Shown here piece by piece: positions 9,882 to 19,162 of a stretch of DNA of 64,000 bases (the first letter of the stretch is position 1; every line of letters begins with the position of its first letter). Below the pieces are notes generated by a model, which had not been told where the DNA came from, did no database searches, and saw nothing but the letters and a program-made list of their open reading frames with translations. The stretch comes from Candidatus Woesebacteria bacterium. Lineage in GTDB: Bacteria > Patescibacteriota > Microgenomatia > UBA12405. The position numbers and the translations under genes were made by a program. The stretch is from the NCBI GenBank assembly GCA_035402805.1, contig DAONDY010000001.1:177548-241547 (forward strand). The letters are read 5' to 3'.

Positions 9882-10376
9882 ATGGATATCCCAAATTTAT
9901 CTCAAAACCCTCAAATTCCAGTTTCTGAGCCAGTTGTTGCCCAAAAACCAAAAAGTTCTAAAACTATTTATTTTATAATTGTAGTTTTGGCCGTTGCTTT
10001 GGGATTTTGGGTATCTAGATTTTTTCCATCATCAAAATCCGGATCTGGTCTTATTAGCAATCTTACTAAAAGTAATGTAACTCCAGCCGCTAGTCTCAAG
10101 AATTCCAATGATTTAGTTGTTGGACAATCTTATGGTGATACCGGCAAAACTTTCACTGATACTGCCATTGGAACCATTATTAAAGGCGGTATTAACGGCG
10201 AAGGCACTCACACTCTCCAAAGAGAAGGCGGTAAAACTCAAAATGCTGCTCTTACATCTTCTGTAGTTGATCTCGATCTCTTCCTCGATAAAAAGGTTGA
10301 AATTAAAGGAGAAACAAATTCCTCAAATAAAGCTGGTTGGTTTCTAGATGTTGGTATCATAAAAATATTGGAATAA
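9882..10376 (+). CDS. Hypothetical membrane-anchored protein
   Basis: 164 aa with an N-terminal TM helix and a G/T/S-rich extracytoplasmic domain. A 105-nt intergenic region lies upstream. Confidence 0.45.
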   Translation: MDIPNLSQNPQIPVSEPVVAQKPKSSKTIYFIIVVLAVALGFWVSRFFPSSKSGSGLISNLTKSNVTPAASLKNSNDLVVGQSYGDTGKTFTDTAIGTIIKGGINGEGTHTLQREGGKTQNAALTSSVVDLDLFLDKKVEIKGETNSSNKAGWFLDVGIIKILE

Positions 10377-10379
10377 ATT

Positions 10380-11033
10380 ATGAAAATCGTCTTTGATCAA
10401 GTCGACAAAAATTTTGGGATAGTTAATGCTCTAAAAAATATTAATTTCGAAATAGATCAAGGAGAATTTGTTTTTATTACCGGTAATTCTGGTGCCGGTA
10501 AATCAACTTTATTAAAACTTATTTTAAACCAACTTAAACCTAGTTCGGGAAAAATTTTGCTTGGTGATATCGATCTCTCACTTGGTAATAAAGAAGATAT
10601 CAATCAAACCAGAAGAAAAATAGGAGTCGTTTTTCAGGATTATCAACTTATTCCAGATAAGACAATCGAAGAAAATATTGCCTTAATATTGGATATTGTT
10701 AATTATCCAAAAGAAAAAATTCAATCGCGAATAGATCAAGTTATTAAAGAAGTTAATCTTGGTACTCGCCGTTTTCTTTTCCCATCACAATTAGCTGGTG
10801 GCGAGCTTCAAAGGGCCGCTTTAGCTCGTGCTTTAGCTATTGAGCCAGAAGTTATTCTCGCCGATGAACCAACAGGTAATTTAGACCAGGAAAATTCATG
10901 GAACCTAATTAAACTTCTAAAAGAAATCAATCAAAAGAACAATACTACTATTATTATGACCACCCACAACAACGATATTGTTGATTCAATGGGTAAAAGA
11001 GTTATTAAACTTAAAGAAGGAGAAATTATATGA
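10380..11033 (+). CDS. ftsE: Cell division ATP-binding protein FtsE (ABC ATPase)
   Basis: Walker A GNSGAGKST, ABC signature LAGGELQR and Walker B ILADEPT. It is immediately followed by the ftsX permease. Confidence 0.85.
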   Translation: MKIVFDQVDKNFGIVNALKNINFEIDQGEFVFITGNSGAGKSTLLKLILNQLKPSSGKILLGDIDLSLGNKEDINQTRRKIGVVFQDYQLIPDKTIEENIALILDIVNYPKEKIQSRIDQVIKEVNLGTRRFLFPSQLAGGELQRAALARALAIEPEVILADEPTGNLDQENSWNLIKLLKEINQKNNTTIIMTTHNNDIVDSMGKRVIKLKEGEII

Positions 11034-11902
11034 GTCCATTAAAAACTACTTGGCATCACATCAGAAGATCGCCATTTCAAAGTTTAATCGCCCTTATTGT
11101 TATGGTTTTGAGTTTTTTCTTTATTTCTCTTTTTGCCATTATAAATTCCGGTCTTTCATCGGTCTTGAATTATTTTGAAACCAAACCAGAAATTACTTTA
11201 TTTCTAAAAGACGGTCTTGATAAGAGCACTGTTGAAAATATCCAAAAAGATTTATCTAGTTATCAAAGCATTAAAGAAATTACTTTCATTTCAAAAGAAA
11301 AAGCTCTTAGTATCTATAAAGAACAAAATAAAGGTAACCCTCTATTAACTGAAATGGTTACTGCTAGTATTTTACCAGCCTCTTTTGAAATTACCGTTTC
11401 TAACCCTCAGGTTTTAGAGCAGATTTATCAAAATTATTCCACTAAAACTAATGTTATTGATGAAATTATTTATCAGAAAGATATTATTCAGTCTTTACTG
11501 GATTGGACTAGTGCCACCAGAAAAATTGGCATTGCTATTATTTTAATAATTTCTTCAATTTCCTTTTTAACCATAATAACCATTATTGGTATGAAGATTA
11601 CTAACCGCAAGGATGAAATAAAAATTAGCCGACTTATCGGTGCCTCTAATTTTTATGTTAAAAAACCATTTTTATTAGAAGGAATTATTTACGGAGTTAT
11701 CGGTAGTATTTTGGGATTTATTTTTAGTTTTTTAATTGCTTTAGTTTCTCAAAAATCAATTAATTCCTTTTTCCAGCCAGTAGTTTTTATTGATTTGAAT
11801 GTCAATTTTTATTTAATTCTTTTAGTTGTTGAAATTTTAGTCGGAACTTTTTTAGGGTTTTTTGCTAGCTGGGTCGGTGTCAAAAGATATATTAAATATT
11901 AA
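11030..11902 (+). CDS. ftsX: Cell division permease FtsX
   Basis: 290 aa. N-terminal TM helix, a large extracytoplasmic loop, then three C-terminal TM helices. Its start overlaps ftsE by 4 nt. Confidence 0.8.
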   Translation: MSPLKTTWHHIRRSPFQSLIALIVMVLSFFFISLFAIINSGLSSVLNYFETKPEITLFLKDGLDKSTVENIQKDLSSYQSIKEITFISKEKALSIYKEQNKGNPLLTEMVTASILPASFEITVSNPQVLEQIYQNYSTKTNVIDEIIYQKDIIQSLLDWTSATRKIGIAIILIISSISFLTIITIIGMKITNRKDEIKISRLIGASNFYVKKPFLLEGIIYGVIGSILGFIFSFLIALVSQKSINSFFQPVVFIDLNVNFYLILLVVEILVGTFLGFFASWVGVKRYIKY

Positions 11903-11907
11903 ACTTA

Positions 11908-13128
11908 ATGTTTAAAAAAATTATTTTTTTATTTTTAGCTTTACCTTTTTTTTTATCTAAGATTTCCTCTTGCTATGCCACAGATCAAAGCGAATTAGAA
12001 AAGCAAATAGCTGAATATACTATAAAACTGGCAGAATTGGATAAGGCTAAAGATACTCTTTCAAATCAAATTAAAATTATTGATTCACAGGTTGAGTTAA
12101 CGCTTTTAAAAATTTCTCAAACAGAAAATTCGATTAAAAATCTCGAACAAGAGATTAATAATCTTACTGTAGAAATAGATAAGCTTAATAATCAATTGAA
12201 CGAGTTGTCATCAATTTACGTTCTTCAAATTATTCAGAATTACAAACTTCAAAAAAATATTCCACCTTTTACTTTTTTATTTTCATCGCGACTTAATAAT
12301 TTTTTAGAACAATATAAATACGTTTCAAGTATTCAAAAAGCCAGTCAAAACAGTTTAATTAATATGGAAACTGTTCGTAGCAATTACGATGCTCAAAAAA
12401 CTGCTAAAACCAAAAAACAACAGGAGATGGAAACTCTTCAAAAAACTTTAGCTTCCCAAAAAATTACCCTTAATAATCAAAAAATTGCCAAAAATAAACT
12501 CCTAGAAATTACCAAAAATGACGCCAAAGAATATGAAAGACGTCTATCAGACGCTGTTAATCAATTAAATTCTTTTAAAAGTTTTACCACCAGCAGTGGT
12601 GGAGCCACTCTTTTATCAGGACAAACTCGTTGCGATGATTGGGGTTGCTATTATAACCAACGAGACTCTCAATGGGGGAATATCGTCTTTGGATATAGTG
12701 ATGATAGAAATGGCAACAGAACATATTACGACATGAAAGGATACGGCTGTTTAATAACCTCTGTTACTATGGTTTTGAGACACTATGGTAAATCTGTTGA
12801 TCCTTCTAATTTATCAAAAGATTCGAGTTTATTTTATGGCCATTCTGGTGATATGTTACAAGGTGATCTGTCTACTAATGGAATTAACTTTAGTCGAACA
12901 GTTCTCGGCAGTAGATTGTCTTTAGCTGATTCTGAACTAAATTCTGGTCGACCTGTTATTGCTGGTGTTGGTGGATCTTACCGATATCCAGCTCATTTTA
13001 TCGTTATTAAATCAAAAAGAGATGGCCAATATATTATCAACGACCCCTATCCAGAAAATGGATCCGATAAAAAATTATCAGATACTAATTATGTTGTGGT
13101 TAGAATTGAATCTATAAAAGTCAAATAA
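11908..13128 (+). CDS. FtsEX-associated coiled-coil cell-wall hydrolase with a C-terminal C39-like/papain-fold cysteine peptidase domain (PcsB/EnvC analogue)
   Basis: Signal peptide, about 200 aa of heptad-rich coiled coil (LEKQIAEYTIKLAELDKAKDTLSNQIKIID...), then Q...GYGCLITSV...AHFIVIKS...NDPYP, which gives the Gln/Cys/His/Asp of a papain-like peptidase. The position directly after ftsEX matches the EnvC/PcsB operon logic. Confidence 0.6.
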   Translation: MFKKIIFLFLALPFFLSKISSCYATDQSELEKQIAEYTIKLAELDKAKDTLSNQIKIIDSQVELTLLKISQTENSIKNLEQEINNLTVEIDKLNNQLNELSSIYVLQIIQNYKLQKNIPPFTFLFSSRLNNFLEQYKYVSSIQKASQNSLINMETVRSNYDAQKTAKTKKQQEMETLQKTLASQKITLNNQKIAKNKLLEITKNDAKEYERRLSDAVNQLNSFKSFTTSSGGATLLSGQTRCDDWGCYYNQRDSQWGNIVFGYSDDRNGNRTYYDMKGYGCLITSVTMVLRHYGKSVDPSNLSKDSSLFYGHSGDMLQGDLSTNGINFSRTVLGSRLSLADSELNSGRPVIAGVGGSYRYPAHFIVIKSKRDGQYIINDPYPENGSDKKLSDTNYVVVRIESIKVK

Positions 13129-13160
13129 AAATCCCCCACTTTTCAGCAGGGGATTTTGTT
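13128..13160. terminator. Bidirectional intrinsic terminator between convergent genes
   Basis: AAAUCCCC-(12-nt loop)-GGGGAUUU hairpin, flanked by an A-tract upstream and UUUUGUU downstream. It lies between the stops at 13128 (+) and 13176 (-). Confidence 0.6.
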
Positions 13161-13175
13161 AAATTTAATTTAGTT

Positions 13176-13796
13176 TTAGTAACCTCTAGCCTTTTTTCTG
13201 AAATAAATTCCAGATCCAGCTGTTAAAGTAACTAAAATTGTTTTTAATATAATATCTGAAGCACCAGTGGCTGGTACAGTGGTTTTGCCAATAAAATAAC
13301 TGGCATAATCTTGATCACAAGAACCACCACCACAAGATTCAACTTTATTAGTTTGTTTAGTTAAAGTACTAAGTTTATTAGTGTCGTTAATTTTAGCTCT
13401 GATCAAATATGTTTTACTTTCCCCAGCTTCTAATTTATCAATATTCCAGTCAACAATATATTGATCTTTATTAAAATTACCTGGATAAAAAATTAGAGTT
13501 AAATATTTAGGTAAAATATCTTCTGTTTTAATATTATAGACAACTTCGTCACTAATATTTTCAACTCTAATTTGAAATTCAACTACATCCTTTTCGTAAA
13601 AAGTTTTTCTAGAAGCTTCAATATTGTCGTAATATTTGGTATCACCGATAGATCTTATTTTTTTATCGATTGAAAGTTTAGCCTTTCCACCTTGGGAATA
13701 AGATTGACCGTAGGCCTTAAAAGGGCTGAATAGGGATAAAAACAATATCACTATTGCACTTAATCCAAAGCCAATTGATAGTTTTTTGTGTTTCAC
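13176..13796 (-). CDS. Secreted surface protein with a C-terminal LPXTG-like (VPATG) sorting signal
   Basis: N-terminal signal peptide. The C-terminus is TTVPATGASDIILKTILVTLTAGSGIYFRKKARGY, a motif-hydrophobic-basic tail arrangement like that of sortase substrates. Confidence 0.5.
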   Translation of the reverse strand: MKHKKLSIGFGLSAIVILFLSLFSPFKAYGQSYSQGGKAKLSIDKKIRSIGDTKYYDNIEASRKTFYEKDVVEFQIRVENISDEVVYNIKTEDILPKYLTLIFYPGNFNKDQYIVDWNIDKLEAGESKTYLIRAKINDTNKLSTLTKQTNKVESCGGGSCDQDYASYFIGKTTVPATGASDIILKTILVTLTAGSGIYFRKKARGY

Positions 13797-13906
13797 CTGC
13801 GTTATTAATAATTAATTATAGGCCATTATATTGCCAAAATGTCTATTTGTCAAGTAAAAACTCTTATAACTTGTTTTTTCTGCCTTTTTTGCTTTATACT
13901 TTACCT

Positions 13907-14635
13907 ATGAATAAATTTTTAATAAGTGAGCTTTCTGTCTTTTTCCCTTGTTATAACGAAGAGAAAAACATTCAAAATACTATCGATAAAACTATTCCTG
14001 TTCTTAAAAAAATAGCCCAAAAATGGGAAATTATTCTAATTAATGATGGTTCAAAAGACAATACCGGCCAAGTTTTAGAAGAAATTAAAAAAGATTACCC
14101 AGAACAAATAAAAATAATTACCCATAATCCCAATCGTGGCTATGGTGCTGCACTTAAAAGTGGTCTTTATAATTCCAAATATCAATGGATTGCTTTTACC
14201 GATTCTGATGGTCAATTTGATTTTTCCGAAATTACCAAGTTTATCGAAAAACAGCAAAAAACCAATGCTGATATTATTATTGGCTACTATCTTGCCCGTC
14301 AAGTTTCTAAAGCCGCCATCATTACCTCTAAAATTTGGGAGGTAATTGTTTTCATTCTTTTTGGTCTTCATGTCACCGACATTGATTGTGGTTTTAAACT
14401 AATCAATAAAAAAGTCGTTGATACCATTCCTAAACTAGAAGCTGAAAGGGGAGCCTTTATCAGCAGTGAATTCCTTATTAAATCTAAAAAAGCTGGTTTT
14501 AAAATCAGTGAAATAGGTGTTCATCATTATCCTCGAATTGAAGGTAAAGCTACCGGTCGAAATATTAAAGTTATTATTAAAAGCTTTTCCGATTTATTTA
14601 AGCTTTGGTTTAAAATTAATTTTCATCGTGCTTAA
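13907..14635 (+). CDS. GT2 polyprenol-phosphate sugar synthase (DPM1/GtrB-like)
   Basis: LSVFFPCYNEEKNIQ...ILINDGSKDNT...FTDSDGQFD matches the DPM1-like GT2 core. The ATG at 13907 was chosen because the TTG/ATG-extended ORF from 13754 would overlap the convergent upstream gene. A plausible promoter is TTGTTT-N17-TATACT at 13864-13893. Confidence 0.75.
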   Translation: MNKFLISELSVFFPCYNEEKNIQNTIDKTIPVLKKIAQKWEIILINDGSKDNTGQVLEEIKKDYPEQIKIITHNPNRGYGAALKSGLYNSKYQWIAFTDSDGQFDFSEITKFIEKQQKTNADIIIGYYLARQVSKAAIITSKIWEVIVFILFGLHVTDIDCGFKLINKKVVDTIPKLEAERGAFISSEFLIKSKKAGFKISEIGVHHYPRIEGKATGRNIKVIIKSFSDLFKLWFKINFHRA

Positions 14636-16112
14636 AAAATTTCTCAAAAAATATTGGGTTTTGGTATTAATTTTATTGTTGGCTTCTTTTTTACGTCTCT
14701 ATCGGCTTTCTGACTACATGGAATTTCTAGGTGATCAAGGTCGAGATGTGACAATTATTAAAGATTTCCTTAAAAACGGTAATCTATTTTTTATTGGCCC
14801 TCAAACCAGTATTGGTAATATGTATCTTGGCCCTTTTTTTTACTATTTAATTGCTCCATCATTGCTTTTATCAGCCTACAATCCGGTTGGTCCAGCTGTT
14901 TTTATTGCCATTCTTAGCGTTGCCACTGTCGCCCTAATTTTCTTTATAGGTAAAAAATGGTTTAACTTAAAAACTGCCTATATAGCTTCATTTTTATATG
15001 CTATTTCCCCAGTAGTTATTAAATATTCCAACTTTATTTGGAATCCGAATGTTATGCCGTTTTTTAGTCTTTTATTTGTTTATTTTTTCTTTGAAAGTTT
15101 TCGATCCAAAAAATTTCATTACTTTATCTATGCTTCTCTAGCTTTTGTAATGGTGATGAATAGTCATTATCTTGGCTTGGCTCTTTTGCCTTTTACCGGC
15201 TATTTTTGGCTTTATAGTTTAATTAAATTTATTAGATCAAAATCATCAGAGTTAAAACCATTCATAAAGTACACCTTACTTGCGGCTTTAATTTTTATTA
15301 TTTCTCTAACCCCTCAAATTCTTTTTGATATTAAGCATAATGGTCAAAACGTCAAAGCTCTTTTAAATTTTTTCACTTATCGCGAAACCACTGTCAATAT
15401 TAAGCCATACAAAGCCATTCCGGAAATGCCCGCCATTTTTAATCAAATTAATACTAATCTATTGGCCGGCAAAGAATCAAATACTACCGGTGGAATAATA
15501 ATTAGTATTACTTTTGCCCTTTTAATTTTATTTACCCTATTTAAATTTAAAAAACAAAAATCAACTTATTGGATTGTTTTTATTTGGTATTTATCAGGTA
15601 TTGCCGCTTTAGCTCTCTATAAACAACATATCTATCCGCATTATTTTGCCTTTCTTTTCCCTCCAATCTTTATTCTCATTGCTTTTCTAATCCAAAAATT
15701 TAAGTTCATAGGCGTTCCTCTTTTTGCTCTAATAACCTTTTTTTGTTTAAAAGAAATTCCTTTTCGTTGGCAACCAAATTATCAGCTAAAAACGACTATT
15801 AAAATAGCCGACTTAATCATTTCTAATTCAGATAATAAAGATTTTAATTTTGCCTTACTTGCCAAGCAAAACTATGATCCAACTTATAGATATATATTAG
15901 ACGAAAAAGAAGCAAAAATAGTAAATTTACCGGAAAAAATGGCTGAACAACTATTTGTAGTTTGTGAGCCTTTTCAAATTGATTGTAATCCTATTAATAA
16001 CCCTGAATGGTCTGTTGCCGCCTTTGGTTGGGCAAAAATAGATAATCAATGGGAAATAAATGGAATTAAAATTTTTAAAGTAATTCATAATCCAGATGGT
16101 AAAAAAGAATAA
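14628..16112 (+). CDS. Polytopic GT-C-type membrane glycosyltransferase (PMT/ArnT-like), paralog family C
   Basis: The N-terminus FLRLYRLSDYMEFLGDQGRDV aligns with the 16096 paralog (FLRFYRQGDLLGFYYDQGRDA). About 12 TM helices. A GTG start at 14628 is proposed. The GTG-extended ORF from 14517 would overlap the upstream GT2 gene by 119 nt. Confidence 0.55.
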   Translation: MLKKFLKKYWVLVLILLLASFLRLYRLSDYMEFLGDQGRDVTIIKDFLKNGNLFFIGPQTSIGNMYLGPFFYYLIAPSLLLSAYNPVGPAVFIAILSVATVALIFFIGKKWFNLKTAYIASFLYAISPVVIKYSNFIWNPNVMPFFSLLFVYFFFESFRSKKFHYFIYASLAFVMVMNSHYLGLALLPFTGYFWLYSLIKFIRSKSSELKPFIKYTLLAALIFIISLTPQILFDIKHNGQNVKALLNFFTYRETTVNIKPYKAIPEMPAIFNQINTNLLAGKESNTTGGIIISITFALLILFTLFKFKKQKSTYWIVFIWYLSGIAALALYKQHIYPHYFAFLFPPIFILIAFLIQKFKFIGVPLFALITFFCLKEIPFRWQPNYQLKTTIKIADLIISNSDNKDFNFALLAKQNYDPTYRYILDEKEAKIVNLPEKMAEQLFVVCEPFQIDCNPINNPEWSVAAFGWAKIDNQWEINGIKIFKVIHNPDGKKE

Positions 16113-17601
16113 TTTAAAAACTTTTTTTAAGAATAATTGGCTAATCATTATAATTTGGCTAGTTGGTCTATTTTTAAGATTTTATCGCCAAGGCGATTTA
16201 TTGGGCTTTTATTATGATCAAGGTCGAGACGCTTTGATCGCCCAAGACATCATTGATGGTAAAAATTTTCCTGCTATTGGGCCTACCACTGGAATTCAAG
16301 GTTTATATTTAGGCCCGTTTTGGTTCTATTTAATAACTCCAGGTTATTTTTTTGGAAAGGGTAATCCAGTTATTGCTAGTTTCTTTATTGGATTTTTAGA
16401 AAGTCTAACTATTCCTCTAATTTATTTTTTACTAAAAAAATATTGGAATAAAGTTGGAGCCGTCTTTGCCGCTACTTTTTGGTCTTTTAGCTACTATCTG
16501 ATTCTTTCTAGTCGTTGGTTTTCTAACCCTTCACCTCTGCCGTTTTTTGTCATTTTAATCATTTATTTTTTACTCCAAGTTTTTCAGGAAAAACAATATA
16601 AGTATTTACCCTTAGTATCTTTTTTATTAGGAATTTGTCTTCAGCTTGAAGCCGCTTCAGCTGTCTTTTTTATTCCAACTATTTTAATTTTTTCTTTAAT
16701 AAATTATCGTATTTTGATAAAAATAAAGCTAAAGTTTTGGTTTCAATCAATCATTTCCTTTTTTGTTCTTTTAATTCCCCAACTTGCCTTTGAAATTAAA
16801 AACAATTTTTTTATTACCAAAAATTTGTTTGGTTTTTTAACTGGTAAAGTGAATTCAGCTTCTGGAAAATCATGGACTATTCCGACTCTTGCTTTTGCTA
16901 AAACAAGAATTTTAGACTTTTATAAAATTCTTTTTTCTAAATTAGATACCAATGTTACCTGGGTTTCTATTATTTTTTTAATAGTCTTTATCTTTAGTGT
17001 AATTTTATTATTAACTAAATTAAAAGATAAGTTTATTCAGCTTTTATTATTATGGCTATTTGTTCCCTTATTTTTTCTTTTATTTTTTGTTGGCAATTAC
17101 GGTAATCTTTATGATTATTATTTAACAGGATTTTTCCCTGCTTTTTTCATTATTTTTTCAATGGGAATAACCTTTTTTAACAAATCTATTTTAAATAAAT
17201 TATTAATATTAATTGTTTTTATTTTGTTTTATATAGGAAATATTTCTTTTATTAGAAATAAATTATCAGCTTGGATTGACGGTCCAGAGCATATTACTCT
17301 TGGAAATCAAAAATGGGCCTTAAATAAAATTTGCCAAGAAACTAAAGATAAAAAGTATAATCTTTCTATTTATGTTCCTCCATATACTCCTTATTCGTAC
17401 GATTATTTGATGAATTGGTACGTAAAAAATAATAAATGTACTCCTCCAGTCAAAGAGGAATCATCCTTAGTTTATTTTCTTTATGAGGTTGATCCAAATA
17501 ATCCAGACAGATTAAATACTTGGCTACAAGATAACACTACTAAAATACAATCAGAGGACAGTCTGGGTGGAGTTCACGTTCAGCAAAGATTAAGAAAATA
17601 G
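16096..17601 (+). CDS. Polytopic GT-C-type membrane glycosyltransferase, paralog family C
   Basis: 501 aa with a YYDQGRDALIAQDI first-loop motif. It is a tandem paralog of the preceding gene. Confidence 0.6.
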   Translation: MVKKNNLKTFFKNNWLIIIIWLVGLFLRFYRQGDLLGFYYDQGRDALIAQDIIDGKNFPAIGPTTGIQGLYLGPFWFYLITPGYFFGKGNPVIASFFIGFLESLTIPLIYFLLKKYWNKVGAVFAATFWSFSYYLILSSRWFSNPSPLPFFVILIIYFLLQVFQEKQYKYLPLVSFLLGICLQLEAASAVFFIPTILIFSLINYRILIKIKLKFWFQSIISFFVLLIPQLAFEIKNNFFITKNLFGFLTGKVNSASGKSWTIPTLAFAKTRILDFYKILFSKLDTNVTWVSIIFLIVFIFSVILLLTKLKDKFIQLLLLWLFVPLFFLLFFVGNYGNLYDYYLTGFFPAFFIIFSMGITFFNKSILNKLLILIVFILFYIGNISFIRNKLSAWIDGPEHITLGNQKWALNKICQETKDKKYNLSIYVPPYTPYSYDYLMNWYVKNNKCTPPVKEESSLVYFLYEVDPNNPDRLNTWLQDNTTKIQSEDSLGGVHVQQRLRK

Positions 17602-17604
17602 TTT

Positions 17605-19101
17605 TTATTCAGTGTATCCCAATAAAGGATCGAGCTCATTTTTTGGATCCTCACACCAAGCCTTACTAGAAGCCTTTGTTTGTGTTGGTAGAATAACTCC
17701 AAACCTACCATATCTTTGATCTACTTCATCTGTGCTAACTTCCCAAGGAATAACAATATTGTAGGTTGGGACTGAAGCACTTGGTTTGATAATGTCGACA
17801 CCTTTCCACCAGAGTAAGTATCTAAACCCGACTCCAGTTCCAAATTTAGCCACATAATTTATACCAACACATGGATAATTATTTTTAAGTTGATCAGCCT
17901 TAATATATTCAACGACTTGCTTTTTATAGAAGTAAGAATCGTTTAAGTCAGTCGTATTTATTAGCCAAGAAAAATTAAAAAATAAATAAACTCCACCCAA
18001 ACCAAAAGCTATTTTACTTAGATATTTATTCTCCAATAGTAAGCCAAAAGATAAAGCCACCACTAATATATATAGCGGCAAATAGTTCGTGAAATAATAT
18101 TCGCTAACTACTCTTTTTGATGTAAATTGCGCCAAGCCAACTATAAATATCCATATAGACATTAAGATCAAGTCTTTTCCTGGTAATTTTTTAAATTTAT
18201 AAGCAATAAAAGTGACTAATATAAAGAAAGGCCACATAAGTTCAAAAGGTTTTATTAGCCATTCAGAAATTAATCTTCTCTGCATTTCCCAGGCTGAAGC
18301 ATTGACTACTTTTTTAAGTTTTGCAAAGCCAGTTGGATTACCCAAATCTTTTTTTGAAGCAATAATCACACTTTTTACTTGTGAGAAATTATGTTTAATT
18401 TCAAAAAACCAGAAAGGACTGCTTACTAAAAAAAATATTAATAAAGAGACTAAAACATTTTTTATTTTAATTGCTTTAAATTTTTCTTTAAAGGTACCCT
18501 CAGACATAAAATATGCCAAGATAGGTATTGGTAAAACCGGTAAAAGACCGATATGGATATGGTAAGAAAGGCCAACCAAAACAGCGTAAAAAGGCATTAG
18601 TTTTAAATTTTTTCTACGCATTCCCAAAATTACGTATAAAAACCATACCGACCAAATCACCGCTGGTTCAGTTGGTACTGACCATTTATCATAAAAAGCC
18701 GCTCCAAAAGAAACAGAATAGATAAAGGCCATTATTAAACCAACTTTTTCAGAAAAATATTTTTTACCTAAAATATAAAAGCTTACTATTGTTAGTAAAC
18801 CAATTATGGTTGTTGGAACAATTGCACTCATTGGATTCATGTTGGACAACCAATAGCTCAATGCCATTAAGTAATAGTAAAGTGGCCCAATAAAAACTCC
18901 ATCAACACTGGTAATTTGTCCCACACTTCTTAAGTGTTTATTAACTACTATGTCCTTAGCAATCCAAGAATACAAATCTTGATCATGTCCAAATCCAAAA
19001 GATTTTTCAAAATTATAAACCCTCATTACCAAACCCACCGCCAAAATCAAGCCCATTATTATAAAAACCTTTTTATTAGTTATTTTTTTTATCTTTGACA
19101 T
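17605..19101 (-). CDS. Polytopic GT-C-type membrane glycosyltransferase, paralog family C (inverted copy)
   Basis: 498 aa. FGFGHDQDLYSWIAKDI...GPLYYY aligns with the family C N-termini. It is convergent with 16096..17601, and their stops are only 3 nt apart. Confidence 0.6.
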   Translation of the reverse strand: MSKIKKITNKKVFIIMGLILAVGLVMRVYNFEKSFGFGHDQDLYSWIAKDIVVNKHLRSVGQITSVDGVFIGPLYYYLMALSYWLSNMNPMSAIVPTTIIGLLTIVSFYILGKKYFSEKVGLIMAFIYSVSFGAAFYDKWSVPTEPAVIWSVWFLYVILGMRRKNLKLMPFYAVLVGLSYHIHIGLLPVLPIPILAYFMSEGTFKEKFKAIKIKNVLVSLLIFFLVSSPFWFFEIKHNFSQVKSVIIASKKDLGNPTGFAKLKKVVNASAWEMQRRLISEWLIKPFELMWPFFILVTFIAYKFKKLPGKDLILMSIWIFIVGLAQFTSKRVVSEYYFTNYLPLYILVVALSFGLLLENKYLSKIAFGLGGVYLFFNFSWLINTTDLNDSYFYKKQVVEYIKADQLKNNYPCVGINYVAKFGTGVGFRYLLWWKGVDIIKPSASVPTYNIVIPWEVSTDEVDQRYGRFGVILPTQTKASSKAWCEDPKNELDPLLGYTE

Positions 19102-19162
19102 CTTTCAAATATTAACATAATTTATATTTTCCAATCAAACGAATTGATTGTATAATTTAGTA

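Noticed and set aside
14517-14627. Long 5' extensions of several ORFs in the supplied track. Examples are 13754, 14517, 19148, 19827, 24364, 30131, 45642, 48150, 53906 and 37113 (minus strand).
   Set aside because: The track uses the first ATG/GTG/TTG in the open frame. The extensions overlap upstream genes by 40-150 nt or run into a convergent gene, and paralog alignments start at the downstream ATG/GTG. I therefore gave the shorter forms.
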